A stretch of DNA of 64,000 nucleotides from Malacoraja senta (lineage: Eukaryota). The stretch lies in NCBI GenBank assembly GCA_038087875.1, contig CM075987.1, positions 22,508,001 to 22,572,000 of the forward strand, given 5' to 3'. Made by a program: the position numbers and the translations under genes. The notes below the pieces were generated by a model. It worked only from the letters and a program-made list of their open reading frames with translations, was not told the DNA's origin and made no database searches. Shown here piece by piece: positions 1 to 12,570 of the stretch. Each line of letters begins with the position of its first letter. Within the stretch, counting starts at the first letter, position 1.

Positions 1-659
1 AACCATCTTCCTAATTACCAGTTTCTGGTAATGAATTTGTCGTGATTCATGTGGAAGAACATCCAAGCTTCTCTGAAAACCAACATCTAATCACTCTAAA
101 CATATGAATATATTCAGCTTTCTGCTTGTCCACAACAGCTAACAGCCTCAAAAATGCCTCACCATTTTCCACTTTATACTCTGACCGATGTCCGCGCCCA
201 ATCACTCCATCCCTCTACATCCTAAATTATGAACAAAATGTAACTATTTTTAATCTTTTTAATTTATTTTTAATTGTCATGCTTCCTGGCATTTTTTTGT
301 TCTGGTTTATCCTGCCCTCAATATCACTCATCAGCCAGGGTTCTTTGGACATCCTGTCTACACCTTTCGCTAATACAAGACCAGGTTGACCCTGTACGCT
401 CTTTATTTCACCATTCTCCTGTTTGTCCATGTAAACCTACCTGTACGTGGCTGCTGACTCTACACATTTGCCAGTTCCGGTTTTTATGATAATGAAATGC
501 ACTGATCGTTGTGGTGCATCACAGATAAAAATAGACCAAACTAAAAATGAAGCATTTATTCCTAGTTGTTTGTCCTTTGTGTAATTACCTATATTTTTTT
601 ACCTATAATTACACAATCCTGTGAGTCCTTATTTGTGAAATGACCTTTCATGTAAAATT

Positions 660-1000
660 CATGAGAGGCAAAGAGAGAGGGGAGACAACCAGAACCCTTT
701 TCCCAGGATGGAATAGCTTTAAGGTGAGAGGGGCAAAGATTAAAGGAGATGTGCAGGGCAACCTTGTACACAGATGGTGGGGAGTGCCTGGAACGTGTTG
801 GCAAGGATAATGGTTGGGGCAGGTATGATGGTGGCATTTAAGAGGCTTTTGGATCGGCACATGGATATGCATGGAATTGAGGGATATGGATTATGCACAG
901 GTTGATAAGAGATGCTCTTGGCATTATGTTCACCGCAAACATTGTTGGCCATAGGGGCCTGTTCTTGTGCTGTACTGTTCTATGGTCTATGTTCCATGTG
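660..1000 (+). mobile_element. CR1/HER1-type LINE 3' fragment
   Basis: agctttaaggtgagaggggcaaag...gggcctgttcttgtgctgtactgttctatg tail, recurring at ~39385-39912, 43745-44070, 45775-46222 and 57941-58362. Confidence 0.75.
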
Positions 1001-1660
1001 GCACTTTATCAAATGGCTTTAAGAATCACTCGTCCCCATTACTTACTGCTGGTTACATCACTAAACATGTCTGGACATCTGCCAAACATAATTTCCCTTC
1101 CATAAAACACGTAGATTTTGCTTATTATATTATGATTTCTAAGTGCCTTGCCACTTTCTCAAATGTGAATTCTCTTATTTTGCCAACTACTAAAGTCAGG
1201 CTAGCAGGCCTATGGTTCCTTATTTCCTCTTTCCCCCAGGTAACTTTGTTAAGTTTGCTATTGTTCCTTCTACGTCGGATCTTGTCTAAATGTCGTAAAT
1301 GCGGGTTGATCATTCATGACACGTCCAGTACGTCTGTGCTAAGCTCCTCTGAACACTGAGACAGTTTTTAATCCCATCCCTTAGCTTTCTTTTATTAGTG
1401 ATCACTTTAAGTTCCTCATGCTCATTACTTTGCCACTGATTTGGATGTTATTTGTTTCTCCTGCTGTGAACGTTTAAAACAAAGGCGTTCTTTAATGTTC
1501 TATCCTTTTCCTTATTCTAATTTCTCTGGTCTCATTCTCTAAGTGATCCACATTTACTCTGATTGCTCTCTTACATTATACATATTCATTATCAGTTTCG
1601 ATAGTTATTGCTAATTTACCATCAAGTTGCGAATTTACCATATAATATATGGTAATGAAT

Positions 1661-2215
1661 CCTGGTGACTGCGCAGGACTGGCAGCTTTCTGTAGACCTG
1701 GTGAAACAGCTGATGTTTCCACTGCGCATTGCCACGACCACCCTGAGGCCAGACATCCTCCTGGTCTCAGAGGCAACCAAAAACATCGTCTTGTTGGAAC
1801 TGACAGTGCCGTGGGAGGATCGTCTGGAGGAGACCCACGAGAGGAAGATGACCAAATACGAAGAGCTGGTCTTAGACTGCCGTAAGCAGGGCTGGAAGGC
1901 AAGGTGTATCGAGGTTGGCTGCAGAGGTTTTGCAGGGCAATCACTCTACAAAGCCTTGAGTGCACTGGGCATCAACGGAGTGGCGATGAGAAAGCCATCA
2001 AGAACACCACAGAGGCAGCGGAGAAGGCCTCGAGATGGCTCTGGATCAGGAGAGAAGGTCCATGGGGAGGAGCGAATGCCACCTGAACACAAGTCGTGGT
2101 CTGATCAACCACGGCTGGGTCGCCTGGGTGAGGCTGTCTGATTTTGAAAGACCTGAAACACCCAATGATCCCAAGTTACATCACTGATGATGTGTTCAGG
2201 AGCATCAAGAGATGT
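1661..2215 (+). mobile_element. 3' fragment of a non-LTR retrotransposon with restriction-like endonuclease (HERO-like)
   Basis: TTLRPDILLVSE..IVLLELTVPWEDRLEETHERKMTKYEEL..IEVGCRGF, then frameshifted AAEKASRWLWIRR: a PD-(D/E)xK-type RLE domain, followed by a short 3' UTR. Confidence 0.8.
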
Positions 2216-3010
2216 ATTTTTTTTAATCAATCACCTTCTTTATCAATGTGTTGGCCATCATTTGCAGGTTTGAAAATTTGCCCCAATCCTCACCACTTCA
2301 TACGTTTTTTCCCCAAAATGCCCAAGCCTTTAGTTTTAACGAAAATCAATCAATTTTCTCTTCACTTCATCACAAATGTATGATTATTCTTTCCATGGAA
2401 TTTTGTTTCTCAGTAGAGTGTATATTCATTGAGAACTGTCATAGAATCAGAACAATAGATTTCCTTTGTGTATTTACCATTACACGTCGCATGTCATACT
2501 CTTGAAATATAATTTCTCAATCTACCTTAGCAGACCTGGGGTTTATGTATTATGTATTCTAAACTGGGTTTACTTAATTCTGAATCTCTAAATTTGTTAA
2601 GTAGATTACTTTTGATTAATGCAAAATTATTATGATATCACTCTCATTCAGATGATCCAGTTCTATTAGGTTGCAAATTAACATTTTGTCTCAAATAACC
2701 TGTACTTTGATGGGCTCCACAATGTTCCCCAGAGACTATCCCTAACACATTCTATGAATTGTTTACCAAACTGCTCCTGCCAGTTTGATTTGTCGTTTCA
2801 AGCTGAAGATTAAAGTCTCCTTTAATTCTTGCATTACCTTTACAACAAGCTCCACTTACTTCCAAATATATTGCTATTGACTAGAGAATTCTAAACTACC
2901 CCAACTGGATTTTTTTGTCCTTTGTTGCTCAACTCCATCATATTGATTCAGAGGCATATTTGAAAAACGGCAGAACTAATACCTCAGCATTCCAGGGTAT
3001 AGAACCTTCA

Positions 3011-3440
3011 GGTGTGTGTGTATGTGTGTGTGAGAGAGTGCGCGTGTGCTTGTGAGAGTATGTGTGAGTGAGAGAGAATGTGTGTTTGTATGTGCGTGCG
3101 TGTATGTGTGTGTATACGTGTGCGCTAATCGTGTCTGTGTGTGTGTGTGTGAGTATTGTGTGTATAGTATGTGTGTGTGTGTGTGAATGCTCGTGTGTGC
3201 ACGTGTGTGTGTGTTTGCGCATGTGTGTATGTGTGTGTGAAATGTAAAGCTGGAGGGAGGGATGTGGGTGGACGGGGACAAGGAGGGAGGGAAAAAGTGG
3301 GGGATAAAACGGAGATAAATAGGAGACTCAGGGATGGGAGATGAGCATATGGAGGAGGGGGACGAAGCAGGGTGGCACGGGGTGGGGGGAAATGTGTGTG
3401 TGCCAGCATGAGGGGGGTGGGCACGGGAAAGAGGGGGTGG
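3011..3440. repeat. Degenerate (TG)n microsatellite followed by a G/A-rich low-complexity tract
   Basis: Directly visible; source of the spurious His/Thr-rich ORFs. Confidence 0.95.
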
Positions 3441-4049
3441 ATGTGGATTATTTACTTGACATTATTCTCTGCCATGTGGATGACTCTCTGCTCTAACTTC
3501 TGATCCAAGATCTTTCTTCACTGCTGCTCTAATGTCATACTCGCTTCCTTCTCCATTTTACCTTTGTTGTCACCATGTTTAAATCTCTTGGAATATTCAG
3601 TCCGCAACCTGAGTCATCATACGCTATCGTGGCCATTGAATCAAATTAATTTATCCCTATGAAGTAACGGGTTGATAAGAGTAAGTTGATTAATATTGTG
3701 CATATTATCTTATTTCAAAGTGATATGAAACAGTGTTAGATAACCGATATTAGCAAGATGAAAGCTAATGCAATTAAAGAGACAATGACACGATGGATGT
3801 AAAAAGTAGCTGAAGGACAGTTATGTATATAATGACATTCTACAGGAGTCACTGTTAGGACCACTGTTTTTTTGATAAACTGTATATTAATAGCCTAGAC
3901 TTGATTATTCAGAGGATAATATCAAAGTTTACAGGTGACGTTAAATTCAGAAAGGAAGTAGGTTCTGCGGAGAATAGTAATAAACATAGACTGACTGGTG
4001 AATTGGACAGGCATGTGGCCGATGACATTTAAAGCACAGGAGTGTATTG

Positions 4050-4225
4050 TGAAGGTTGACAAAAACGCTGGAGAAACTCAGCGGGTGAGGCAGCTTCTTC
4101 AGAAGGGTCTCGACCCGAAACGTCGCCTATTCCTTCGCTCCATAGATGCTGCCTCACCCGCTGAGTTTCTCCAGCTTTTTTGCCTACCTTTGATTTTTCC
4201 AGCATCGGCAGTTCTTTCTTAAACA
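4050..4225. mobile_element. Short fold-back element made of inverted Penelope-type 3' ends
   Basis: gctggagaaactcagcgggtgaggcagc ... gctgcctcacccgctgagtttctccagc inverted arms. Similar fold-backs at ~4670-4890, 21305-21465, 36065-36235 and 53570-53820. Confidence 0.7.
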
Positions 4226-5319
4226 CAACGGAGTGTGAAGTGATGCTTTTTTATAAGGAGGAGGGGCAAGATGGATTAAATGCTATAATTTTAAGGACGG
4301 GGGAATCCAGAGCAGAAACAAAGTGGTCTGTGTGTGCAAACTGATTGAGTTTGGCAGGACATGGGAGGTGCAGGTATAAACAGCAATCAGGGATTTGTGA
4401 CATTAATAATATGACATTAATAATTGAGGCCTAGACCTCAACTGGTGTTTGTGTTCATTTCTGGGATAGACCTCATTAGAAAAGCTGTTAGACTTAGAGA
4501 GACTGCATGAAATATTTATTAGTTTGGTGCTGGGGATCAAGATATTGAACTCCATGTATTGATCAGTTGAGTAAGGAAGAGATTTTCTGGTGGGAGAAGA
4601 TTGATACCAGAAAACAGAGGTTTCAGGTGATTGGCGGAAGAACCAAATTGATACTGAATTGATATGTGGAGACACACAAGACTGCAGATACTGAAATGTT
4701 GATTAAAACACAAAGCGCTGGGGGAACTCAGTGGGTCAGGCAGCATCTGAGGAGGAAATGGACAGATACATTTTGGGTCAGATCCTATCTTCAGACTGAT
4801 GAAGGGGTCATGTTCTGAAATGTCATCTGTCTATTTCCTCCCCAGATGCTGCCTGACCTGCGGAGTTCCTCACACATTGTGGTTTTGCACAGAATTGATT
4901 TGCCGTTTGTTATGATTTAGAATGAACTGCCTAAAGTGAAAGCAGATTCAGTAGAATCTTCAAAAGCAATTGGAGAAAACCTTGAATGGGAAGAAACTGC
5001 CAGGATTATAGGGAAGAGGGAAAAACTAATTGAGCAGTTCTTTCAAATAATTAGTAAAGGCACAATATACACATCACTTCTTTCTGCTGCATCAGATAAT
5101 AAAGCATTCTTAATTCACATGTTTAATCAATAATGTGTTATTATTAATGTTTAATGCTTTGTGTGTCATTCCTAACTGTCACTGTATGTCATGTTGTCAC
5201 TTGTGGGCGGAGCACCAAGGCAAATTCCTTGTATGTGAATACTTGGCCAATAAACTTGTTCATTCATTCATTCATTCATTCATAACTGATAGATCATCCA
5301 CTCATTTATCTCCTCCCGC

Positions 5320-5940
5320 CTTGATTACTGCAACTCCCTTTACACTGGCATCAGCCAATTATCTCTGTCCTGCCTGCAATTGGTCCAAAACGCTGCAGCA
5401 AGACTCCTGACGGGCACCCGAAAAGGGACCACATCACCCCGATTCTGGCCTCTCTCCACTGGCTCCCAGTGCGGTTCCGAATCAATTTCAAGCTCCTTCT
5501 TTATGTCTACAAAGCCCTTACCGGGCTTGCCCCCACCTACATCAAAAATCTGCTAACCCACCACTCCACCTCCAGGCTCCCTCAGATCGGCCGACTTGGG
5601 ATTACTGACGGTCTAGGCATAAGCTCAGGGGCGACCGCGCGTTTGCGGTTGCAGCACCTAGACTGTGGAACAGCATCCCTCTTCCCATCAGAACTGCCCC
5701 CTCCATCAACTCTTTTAAGTCTAGACTTTTAAAACTTATTTCTACTCTCAAGCCTTTCTTTGAGGTCCTCTGAGGAGCGCTGTATGTATGTATTTATGTA
5801 TGTATGGTAAATCTATATACCACTGTTTGTAGCATGTTAGTACCTGCACTGATGTAAAGCACTTTGGTCAACGAGAGTTGTTTTTAAATGTGCTATAGAA
5901 ATAAAATTGACTTGATTTGATACACAGGAGAGTTGCAGAG
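5320..5940 (+). mobile_element. L2-clade LINE 3' fragment
   Basis: Translates (with frameshifts) to YCNSL..LQLVQNAAARLL..HITPILASLHWLPVRFRINFKLLLYVYKALTGLAP; ends gtgctatagaaataaaattgacttga. Confidence 0.85.
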
Positions 5941-7054
5941 TTGTCTAATTCAGAGATATGGGCATTGTTTAGTTTAGTTTAGAGATACAGCATGAAAACA
6001 GGCTCTTCAACCCACTGAGTCTACGCCGACCGATGATCACCCGTACACTAGTTCTATCCTCCAAACTAGGGACAAATTACAGAAGTAGCCGGCTGAATTA
6101 TCTTTGGATACATGAGTTAACAACTTGGATCTAGATTTTCTTTCTAATCCGGAGAAATGTACGAGAACTAACAAAGCAAAACCCTCTCTAAATGGAGACT
6201 TTAATGTAAATACTTCACCTTGTTTGTAGTTGCCAGCTTGCTCGCTGAATGTTTAGATGCTGGCTATGAAAAAGTGGATTGGACAGATTTGGAATCAATT
6301 AATTTGCAGAGTAATTTTGATCAAGGGAATATTTTGGATTTTCTCCAGCACAGAGATCTGAATGAAAATTAATCAGGCACAACACTGTAATTAGAGAAAT
6401 TGATTCCCAGGAATCCAATGCCCTGACCCCTCTCGTGTATCACATATCACTGGGCCCTCTGGTGAAACACGACCCACTGCAAGATCAAAGCACTCAGCGA
6501 TGCCAGAGGTGGAACAAAAATATACAATTTGCCATGCAAATGCATTTCCCAAACTAAAGCTCTCTGCTAAACATACACTGATGGCAGAGGCTGAGACCTG
6601 GCCCCCCTTTGCTTATTCCTCTCACAATTGACAAAAGTTTTCCGTTGCTAAATCAGCAAACAAATGTTCATTCAAACTCAATCCAGTAGAATGCTAACAT
6701 AAACAAGAGCCTCAAGCGAAGCAGCCTACACCTGAACAACACTGAGGCCAGGGCAGTCCAAATAGGCTCTGGGCATCCGAACATCTCTCTAATGTTGTTT
6801 AGGAAGGAACTGCAGATGCTGCTTTTAACCAAAGATTAGGCACAAAAAGTAGGATGAAGACAGCACACACGACCTCTACATGTGATAATTAAACTCTCTT
6901 GACTCTATGACATTATAGGACCAATGTCCAGAGTTCTGGACTATTGATGTGTTCAACACAAGTTTAAATCCCACCATAGGAATTAGGGACTTTAGATTCA
7001 ACCAAATCCTCCTGAAATTAAATGCCTCGTATCAGTGGTGGCGACCATGAGATT

Positions 7055-7540
7055 TGGATACAAGGAACTGCAGATGCTGTCTTAAGAAAAAAAGACACAA
7101 AGTGCTGGAGTAACTCAGCAGGTGAGGCAGCATTTTTGGAAAATGTGGATAGGTGACGTTTCGGGACGAGAGCCTTGTCTGGTGGGGGTGGGGGGAGGGG
7201 AGGGTGGAAGAAGGATGGAGGTAGGAAGGGCAGGACAAAGCCTGGCAGGTAATAGGATGATTGAGGGGGGGGGGGGGGGGGGGAGGATTGATAGGCAGAT
7301 GGTTGACAAAGGCTAGAGATGAAAAAAACAGGTGGTGTGAGACAAAAGATTGAAGAGGTGTGAATTGTGAAGCTACAAGTGGGAATGTAGATGGACGGGA
7401 GCAGGAGGGGAGAAACGGGTGTGAGTCCATGTTGGGCACAGGGAAGGAGGGATTGGGGGAGGAAGCAGAGAAGGGTGGAGGATTATGTCATTACCTAAGA
7501 TTGGACAATTCAATACCTGCTGAGTTTCTCCAGCATTACT
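7055..7540 (-). mobile_element. Penelope-like element 3' region
   Basis: Pyrimidine-rich 3' region followed by cccgaaacgtcacctatcc...ctgagttactccagc on the minus strand. Plus-strand copies at ~21030-21270 and 40580-40760. Confidence 0.7.
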
Positions 7541-7696
7541 GTGTACCTTCAATACTCACACCGTTGGGTTGAAAATTGCTCAAGCAATATATGCCATGAA
7601 ATTGAGGCATTGCTGTGTTGGTTCATAGATGTGCATCGGGGTTTAGAAATCCACCTTCCTTGCCAAGGTGTAGCTTCAAATCCACCAGTGTGTCAG

Positions 7697-7826
7697 TCTG
7701 AAGAAGGGTTTCGGCCCGAAACGTTGCCTATTTCCTTCGCTCCATAGATGCTGCTGCACCCGCTGAGTTTCTCCAGCATTTTTGTGTACCTTCGATTTTC
7801 CAGCATCTGCAGTTCCTTCTTTAACA
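7697..7826 (+). mobile_element. 130-bp Penelope-end insertion with hammerhead-like motif
   Basis: 14-bp TSD caccagtgtgtcag (7683-7696 / 7827-7840); starts tCTGAAGAagggtttcggcccGAAAcgtt. Confidence 0.8.
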
Positions 7827-9052
7827 CACCAGTGTGTCAGGCCTCTCAGTTCAGACTGGGCAATATATTGTCTGCCTGCAATTCTCACATAATACTCACA
7901 TCGTGTGAATTAAAAGTATTCACCATTCTGCACCATCCTATCTGCCACCCCCTCCGTGATAGAGAATCCCTTTGCACAAAGATAGTTATTCGTGCACACA
8001 CACACACACACAAATACACAAATACTCACACAAATGTCTGCATTCACTTGCATGCAGTTTTATGGATGTATACATACTGTATATTAATTTACAAACCCAT
8101 GTAATAAGTGGAAACACAAGGAAAGCAGATGCTGGAATCGAGCAAAACACAAAGTGCTGGAGAATTCAGTGGGTCGGGGAGCATTTGGGGAAGGAAAGGA
8201 TAGGCGACATTTTGGATCAGGACCTTTCTTCTGACAGATGGAGTAAAGGGAAGAAAGCTGGAGCACTTTATAAGTCTTTGTCCTCATCTGTCTGAAGAAG
8301 GGTTTTGACCCGAAACATCGCATGTCCGTTCCCCCCACATTGCTACCACTTTGCTTTTTTGCCCAAGTGGTAAGTAGTTATTTATCACATTAACAAGCTG
8401 ACCTTGCAACACCTCATGTCACATCAAATCACTTTCTGTTCTTCTGTCAGCCTGGTTCTTGCCTGAATAGTTTATGGTAGCTCAAAGCAGAGTCTTGACC
8501 CACTGCCGGAGCTATGTGTGTCCGTGAGACTGGGTGCGTCAGAGATACAGGGAGATGGATTCCAGCTACCAGCTAGTTAACCGAGGATGAAATTCAGAGT
8601 CTCTTAATGAACTAAATACATAGAAAGGCCACTGCTTCCAAATGCCATGAGATAGGAAAGAGGAAAAGCAACAAAGTCACACATATTGGAGCCATGTGTG
8701 TGAGCTCGACAAGTACAGCACAAATTTAATTAAATCTCCCAGACAGCCAGGAACTTTCTTGAAATATAACGATCACATTTCCCTGGCTCACACTCTATCA
8801 CTGCCCTTGTTCCTGTTGTATATTCACTGACATTCTTCCAACTGTTCTGCTCTGCTCAGAATTTAAAGGAAACCTTCAGAAAATTGTGCCCAGTTCTGGT
8901 CTGAACACAAAAAGGCTACAAAGGCACTGCTGAAGGCACCAAAAGTGGTCACAAGCAAACCAGAACGTTCAACATAGATTGTACAAGCTGACGCTTCATT
9001 CTGTGTGGAAAATAATTTTCATTTTTAAAGGGGATTTGATAGAATAAATATT

Positions 9053-9185
9053 CTTCTTTCGTGTGGCGTGCACAGCCTAAAGTTGTTGGACAACTTGTTC
9101 TATTTAATCTTCCGTTTACGCACGTCGAGTTGATTGCATTAGTCGAAACAGGGCGGACAACATGAAGGTTGCAATCTTCCACCCC
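9053..9185 (-). mobile_element. 133-bp non-tRNA short retroelement
   Basis: Perfect 12-bp TSD agaataaatatt (9041-9052 / 9186-9197); minus-strand 3' end ...gccacacgaaagaag. Confidence 0.75.
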
Positions 9186-9905
9186 AGAATAAATATTGAG
9201 AAGTTTACTTTCGCTTAGAGATTGGGAATGGAACATGAAACCTTTCGCCCCAGCAAGTCCATACCAACTATCGATCACCCATTCGCACTAGTTTAGTTCT
9301 ATGTTATCCCACTTTCACATCCACTTCCGACACATTAGGGGCAGCTTATAGAGGCCAAATAACCAACAAACCCACACATCTTTTGAATTAAAACATTGAA
9401 AACTCATTTGATTAAAATGAATGCAGAACTCCTACCCTTCGTAGTTCTTGTCTTTAAGATTGCACTTACTGAATAGGAATTGCTTTCACATTCACATTCG
9501 TTCCTCTTTACCACGAGTGTTAACAGACTATTCAAGAAACAGTTCATCTGGGATATTTACACATATATATTTTTGCAGCGGATCTTTATTTCATTCCCAC
9601 TGCCGGCATCTTCCCAAGCCATAGGTGTGGAGGCCAGGTGCAGCAATCACTTTCCCACTGCTGGGCCCAGTTAACTCAGCACCAGTGGAGGAACGCACAT
9701 GTCATACCTTGTGTTGTGGAACCAGAGGATGATCTGGATGCACGAGAGGTCGCCTGGAATTCCTTGTACTTATACAAGGTTCTCTTAACAGGAAAGGTGG
9801 AAAACCACTGGAATAAGAAGCACTACAGAGTCAGCTATCACGTGTGTTTCCTTCAGGTTCTCTAGTTTCCTCCCACATCCCAAAGACATGCAGGTTTGTA
9901 GGTTT

Positions 9906-10313
9906 GTGGAGTTTAGAAGGATGAGAGGATATCTCATTGAAACATATAAGATTGTTAAGGGTTTGGACACGCTAGAGGCAGGAAACATGTCCCGATGTTG
10001 GGGGAGTCCAGAACCAGGCGCCACAGTTTAAGAATAAGGAGTAAGCCATTTAGAACGGAGATGAGGAAACACTTTTTCTCACAGAGAGTGGTGAGTCTGT
10101 GGAATTCTCTGCCTCAGAGGGCGGTGGAGGCAGGTTCTCTGGATGCCTTCAAGAGAGAGCTAGATAGGGCTCTTAAAAATAGCGGAGTCAGGGGATATGG
10201 GGAGAAGGCAGGAACGGGGCACAGATTGGGGATGATCAGCCATGATCACATTGAATGCCGGTGCTGGCTCGAAGGGCCGAATGGCCTACTCCTGCACCTA
10301 TTGTCTATTGTCT
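9906..10313 (+). mobile_element. CR1 LINE 3' fragment nested in an HE1-type SINE (~9835-10435)
   Basis: ESRTRRHSLRIRSKPFRTEMRKHFFSQRVVSLWNSLP; tail ctattgtctattgtc. SINE sequence resumes on both sides. Confidence 0.88.
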
Positions 10314-12299
10314 AATCAGCCTCTGTAAATTGCCCCCAGTGTGTAGGGAATGGATGCGAAGGTGGGATAACATAGAACTAGTATGGACTTGGCGGGCTGA
10401 AGGGCCTGTTTCCATGCTATATCTCTAAACTAAATCAAAAGATCACAAGGTTAAGATATTTAATTTGTGATAAATTCCGTGCTGGGGATGTGGGAACGTA
10501 GTACTGGAGGTGACCTCTTTTTGATGAAAAATTAAATAAAGTACCTGTCTGCCCTCTAGTCCACAAATGTAGAAATTAGTAGTTCCATAAAGGAATTTGG
10601 AGGAATTTTGTTACCCGGAGTGAGTAAGTTGCACCTGTTATCACATGGCATGTTTGAGGAGATCAACAGACGTATTTCAGTTCAAGCGAGTAAAGATGAG
10701 AGGGAAAGGGGGAGGCTTGTATTGAGCACCAGTGTAGAGCAGTTGGGCTGAACTGTCTGAGCTCTCCATGTGATGATCAGGCTGGAACACGATCGGCCAC
10801 AAGGTAGAAGGAGCCTGATGACACCGCCTTGGCTGCTCCGTCAAGAAGGGCCGCAGAAAGAGTTTGCCATCCTCTGATTCTCTCATGTTTCATGAAGAGC
10901 TCCAGGTCACAATTGCAATCAGTACAGAAATCAACTCAACAATCAGTGGAGAGATCCCAAGGGAACCTTTCAGTGCCTGAGTTTATGCAGGAGTGAAGAC
11001 GGCAAAGGGAATTAATTTATCAAACGGGCAGAGAGATTGGTGCGGGAATGGGAAAAGTACATTTACTTCATATAGATGTCGGAAGCACACTGTGTGAACT
11101 TTTTTTTTGCGTACAGGCTATGTTTACATATCCTGCGTGGTGCTGCAAGTAAGAATTTCACTGTTCTGTCAAAGACATATGACAATAAAACATTCTGGAC
11201 TCTTGAAGGAGCAGTTGATGCAAATGCAATGACAACTATCAAAGGATAATGAGATATGCACTTGAAGGCAGAAATGTACAGGACTCTGGGGAAGAGCAAG
11301 GAAGTCGGATTAATTAAATACCCCATCAATGGGCTCATTCAATGGCTATCGGAAACCTGTTGCGTGATGCCTCGGGTCTGGTCATATTTTGGAAAATACA
11401 TCATTCAAATCTAAAACGGTGATTAAAAGAGATCTGAGCTCTTCCTCTGGTCACTGTTGAGTTGAACCCTTCCCCGTTGCTCTGTCAAGCTGAGCTCTCA
11501 CCCAGAGCCCAAAGTGGGCTTTGTTACTCTCTATGCACAGAACTGCATTGTAATTCAGTTTGTCATGTTCCCTTTGACCTGTGTAACTGATGAGACTCCC
11601 GAGTGTGCCGAGAATGAATAAAGAGATGGCCTACACTGTGGCTGTTAAGGGGTTAAGTGCAAAAAGCTGAGATCCCTTCACCCCCCCCACCCCCCATCCC
11701 CCCACCCCTTTCCATCACGTTTTATTGCTACCGACAGTCAAACCATATCTAGTACCTGCAAAGCATTAAGACCTCGAGCACAGAGTCTAGGAAACAATCC
11801 AAATGCCCCGAGGTGCGGATATTGATAGTCTGATGCAGCCACCAGTCCCAGGCACATGAAAGACCTCCAGCCTTGAGAGAAATGGATTAACTGAGGCAGC
11901 TATTAAACCCAACTGAATCTCCCAAATCATTGCCTCTTGCGACGAGACCCAGGGATTTCGCGACTGACAGATTCGAGCTTCCCCCTGATCCTTTCCACAA
12001 TTTCCTCTCGAGGATGCGTTCAGAAATAGCACGGGCTCCTTGTGAAAGGATCTAAATCCTTATCTGGATCCAAACATTTCACCAAATAAGAATTACGTTC
12101 TCGATTTATAATGTTCCCCTCTCCCCTGCCGCACTGCTCTCAACATAACGCAGCGATATCAAGCAGCTGACTGTGACTCCTCAGGAGTCAATGCAACCCC
12201 TGATTACTGGTGGAACTCAGCAGATCAATCAACATCTGTGGAGGTAGAGGGGTGATCAACATCTCCCTGTCTGACAGCCTGCATCAGGAATGGGTGTAG

Positions 12300-12570
12300 G
12301 ACGAAGTGCATAGAGGAGAAATGGAGGGGTTGGTGTATCATCGAAGACCCACACCACCATTGCCACCCTCTCATTTCACTCCAACCATCTGAGAAAGGTA
12401 CAGGGGCCTGAAAACCGTGACCACCAGGTTGAAGAACAGCTTCCTCCCAGCAACCATCAGGCTCTTGAACATTGCACATCAACCTCAGCAATTGTATCTT
12501 TGGCTGCACAAGGGACTTTGGTAATTTTTGCACTATTTTGGTTAGCTTGTTTTACGGTTTGGAGTGATGC
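12300..12570 (+). mobile_element. Rex1/L2-like LINE 3' fragment
   Basis: gacccacaccacc...accaccaggttgaagaacagcttcctcccagcaaccatcaggctcttgaac. Related tails at ~11100-11205, 15605-15860 and 41280-41540. Confidence 0.6.

Noticed and set aside
2938..3424. His/Thr-rich and Pro-rich ORFs
   Set aside because: Translations of a (TG)n microsatellite and a purine tract.
4050..4225. CRISPR-like or terminator-like palindromic repeats
   Set aside because: Dispersed eukaryotic retroelement ends, with no regular repeat-spacer array and no cas genes.
9053..9185. HDV-like ribozyme in the 133-bp element
   Set aside because: A P1-like stem exists, but I could not build P2, P3 and P1.1 in the required nested order.
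10677..10886. 69-aa ORF in unique sequence
   Set aside because: No recognisable homology and no supporting gene structure; its length is within chance expectation.
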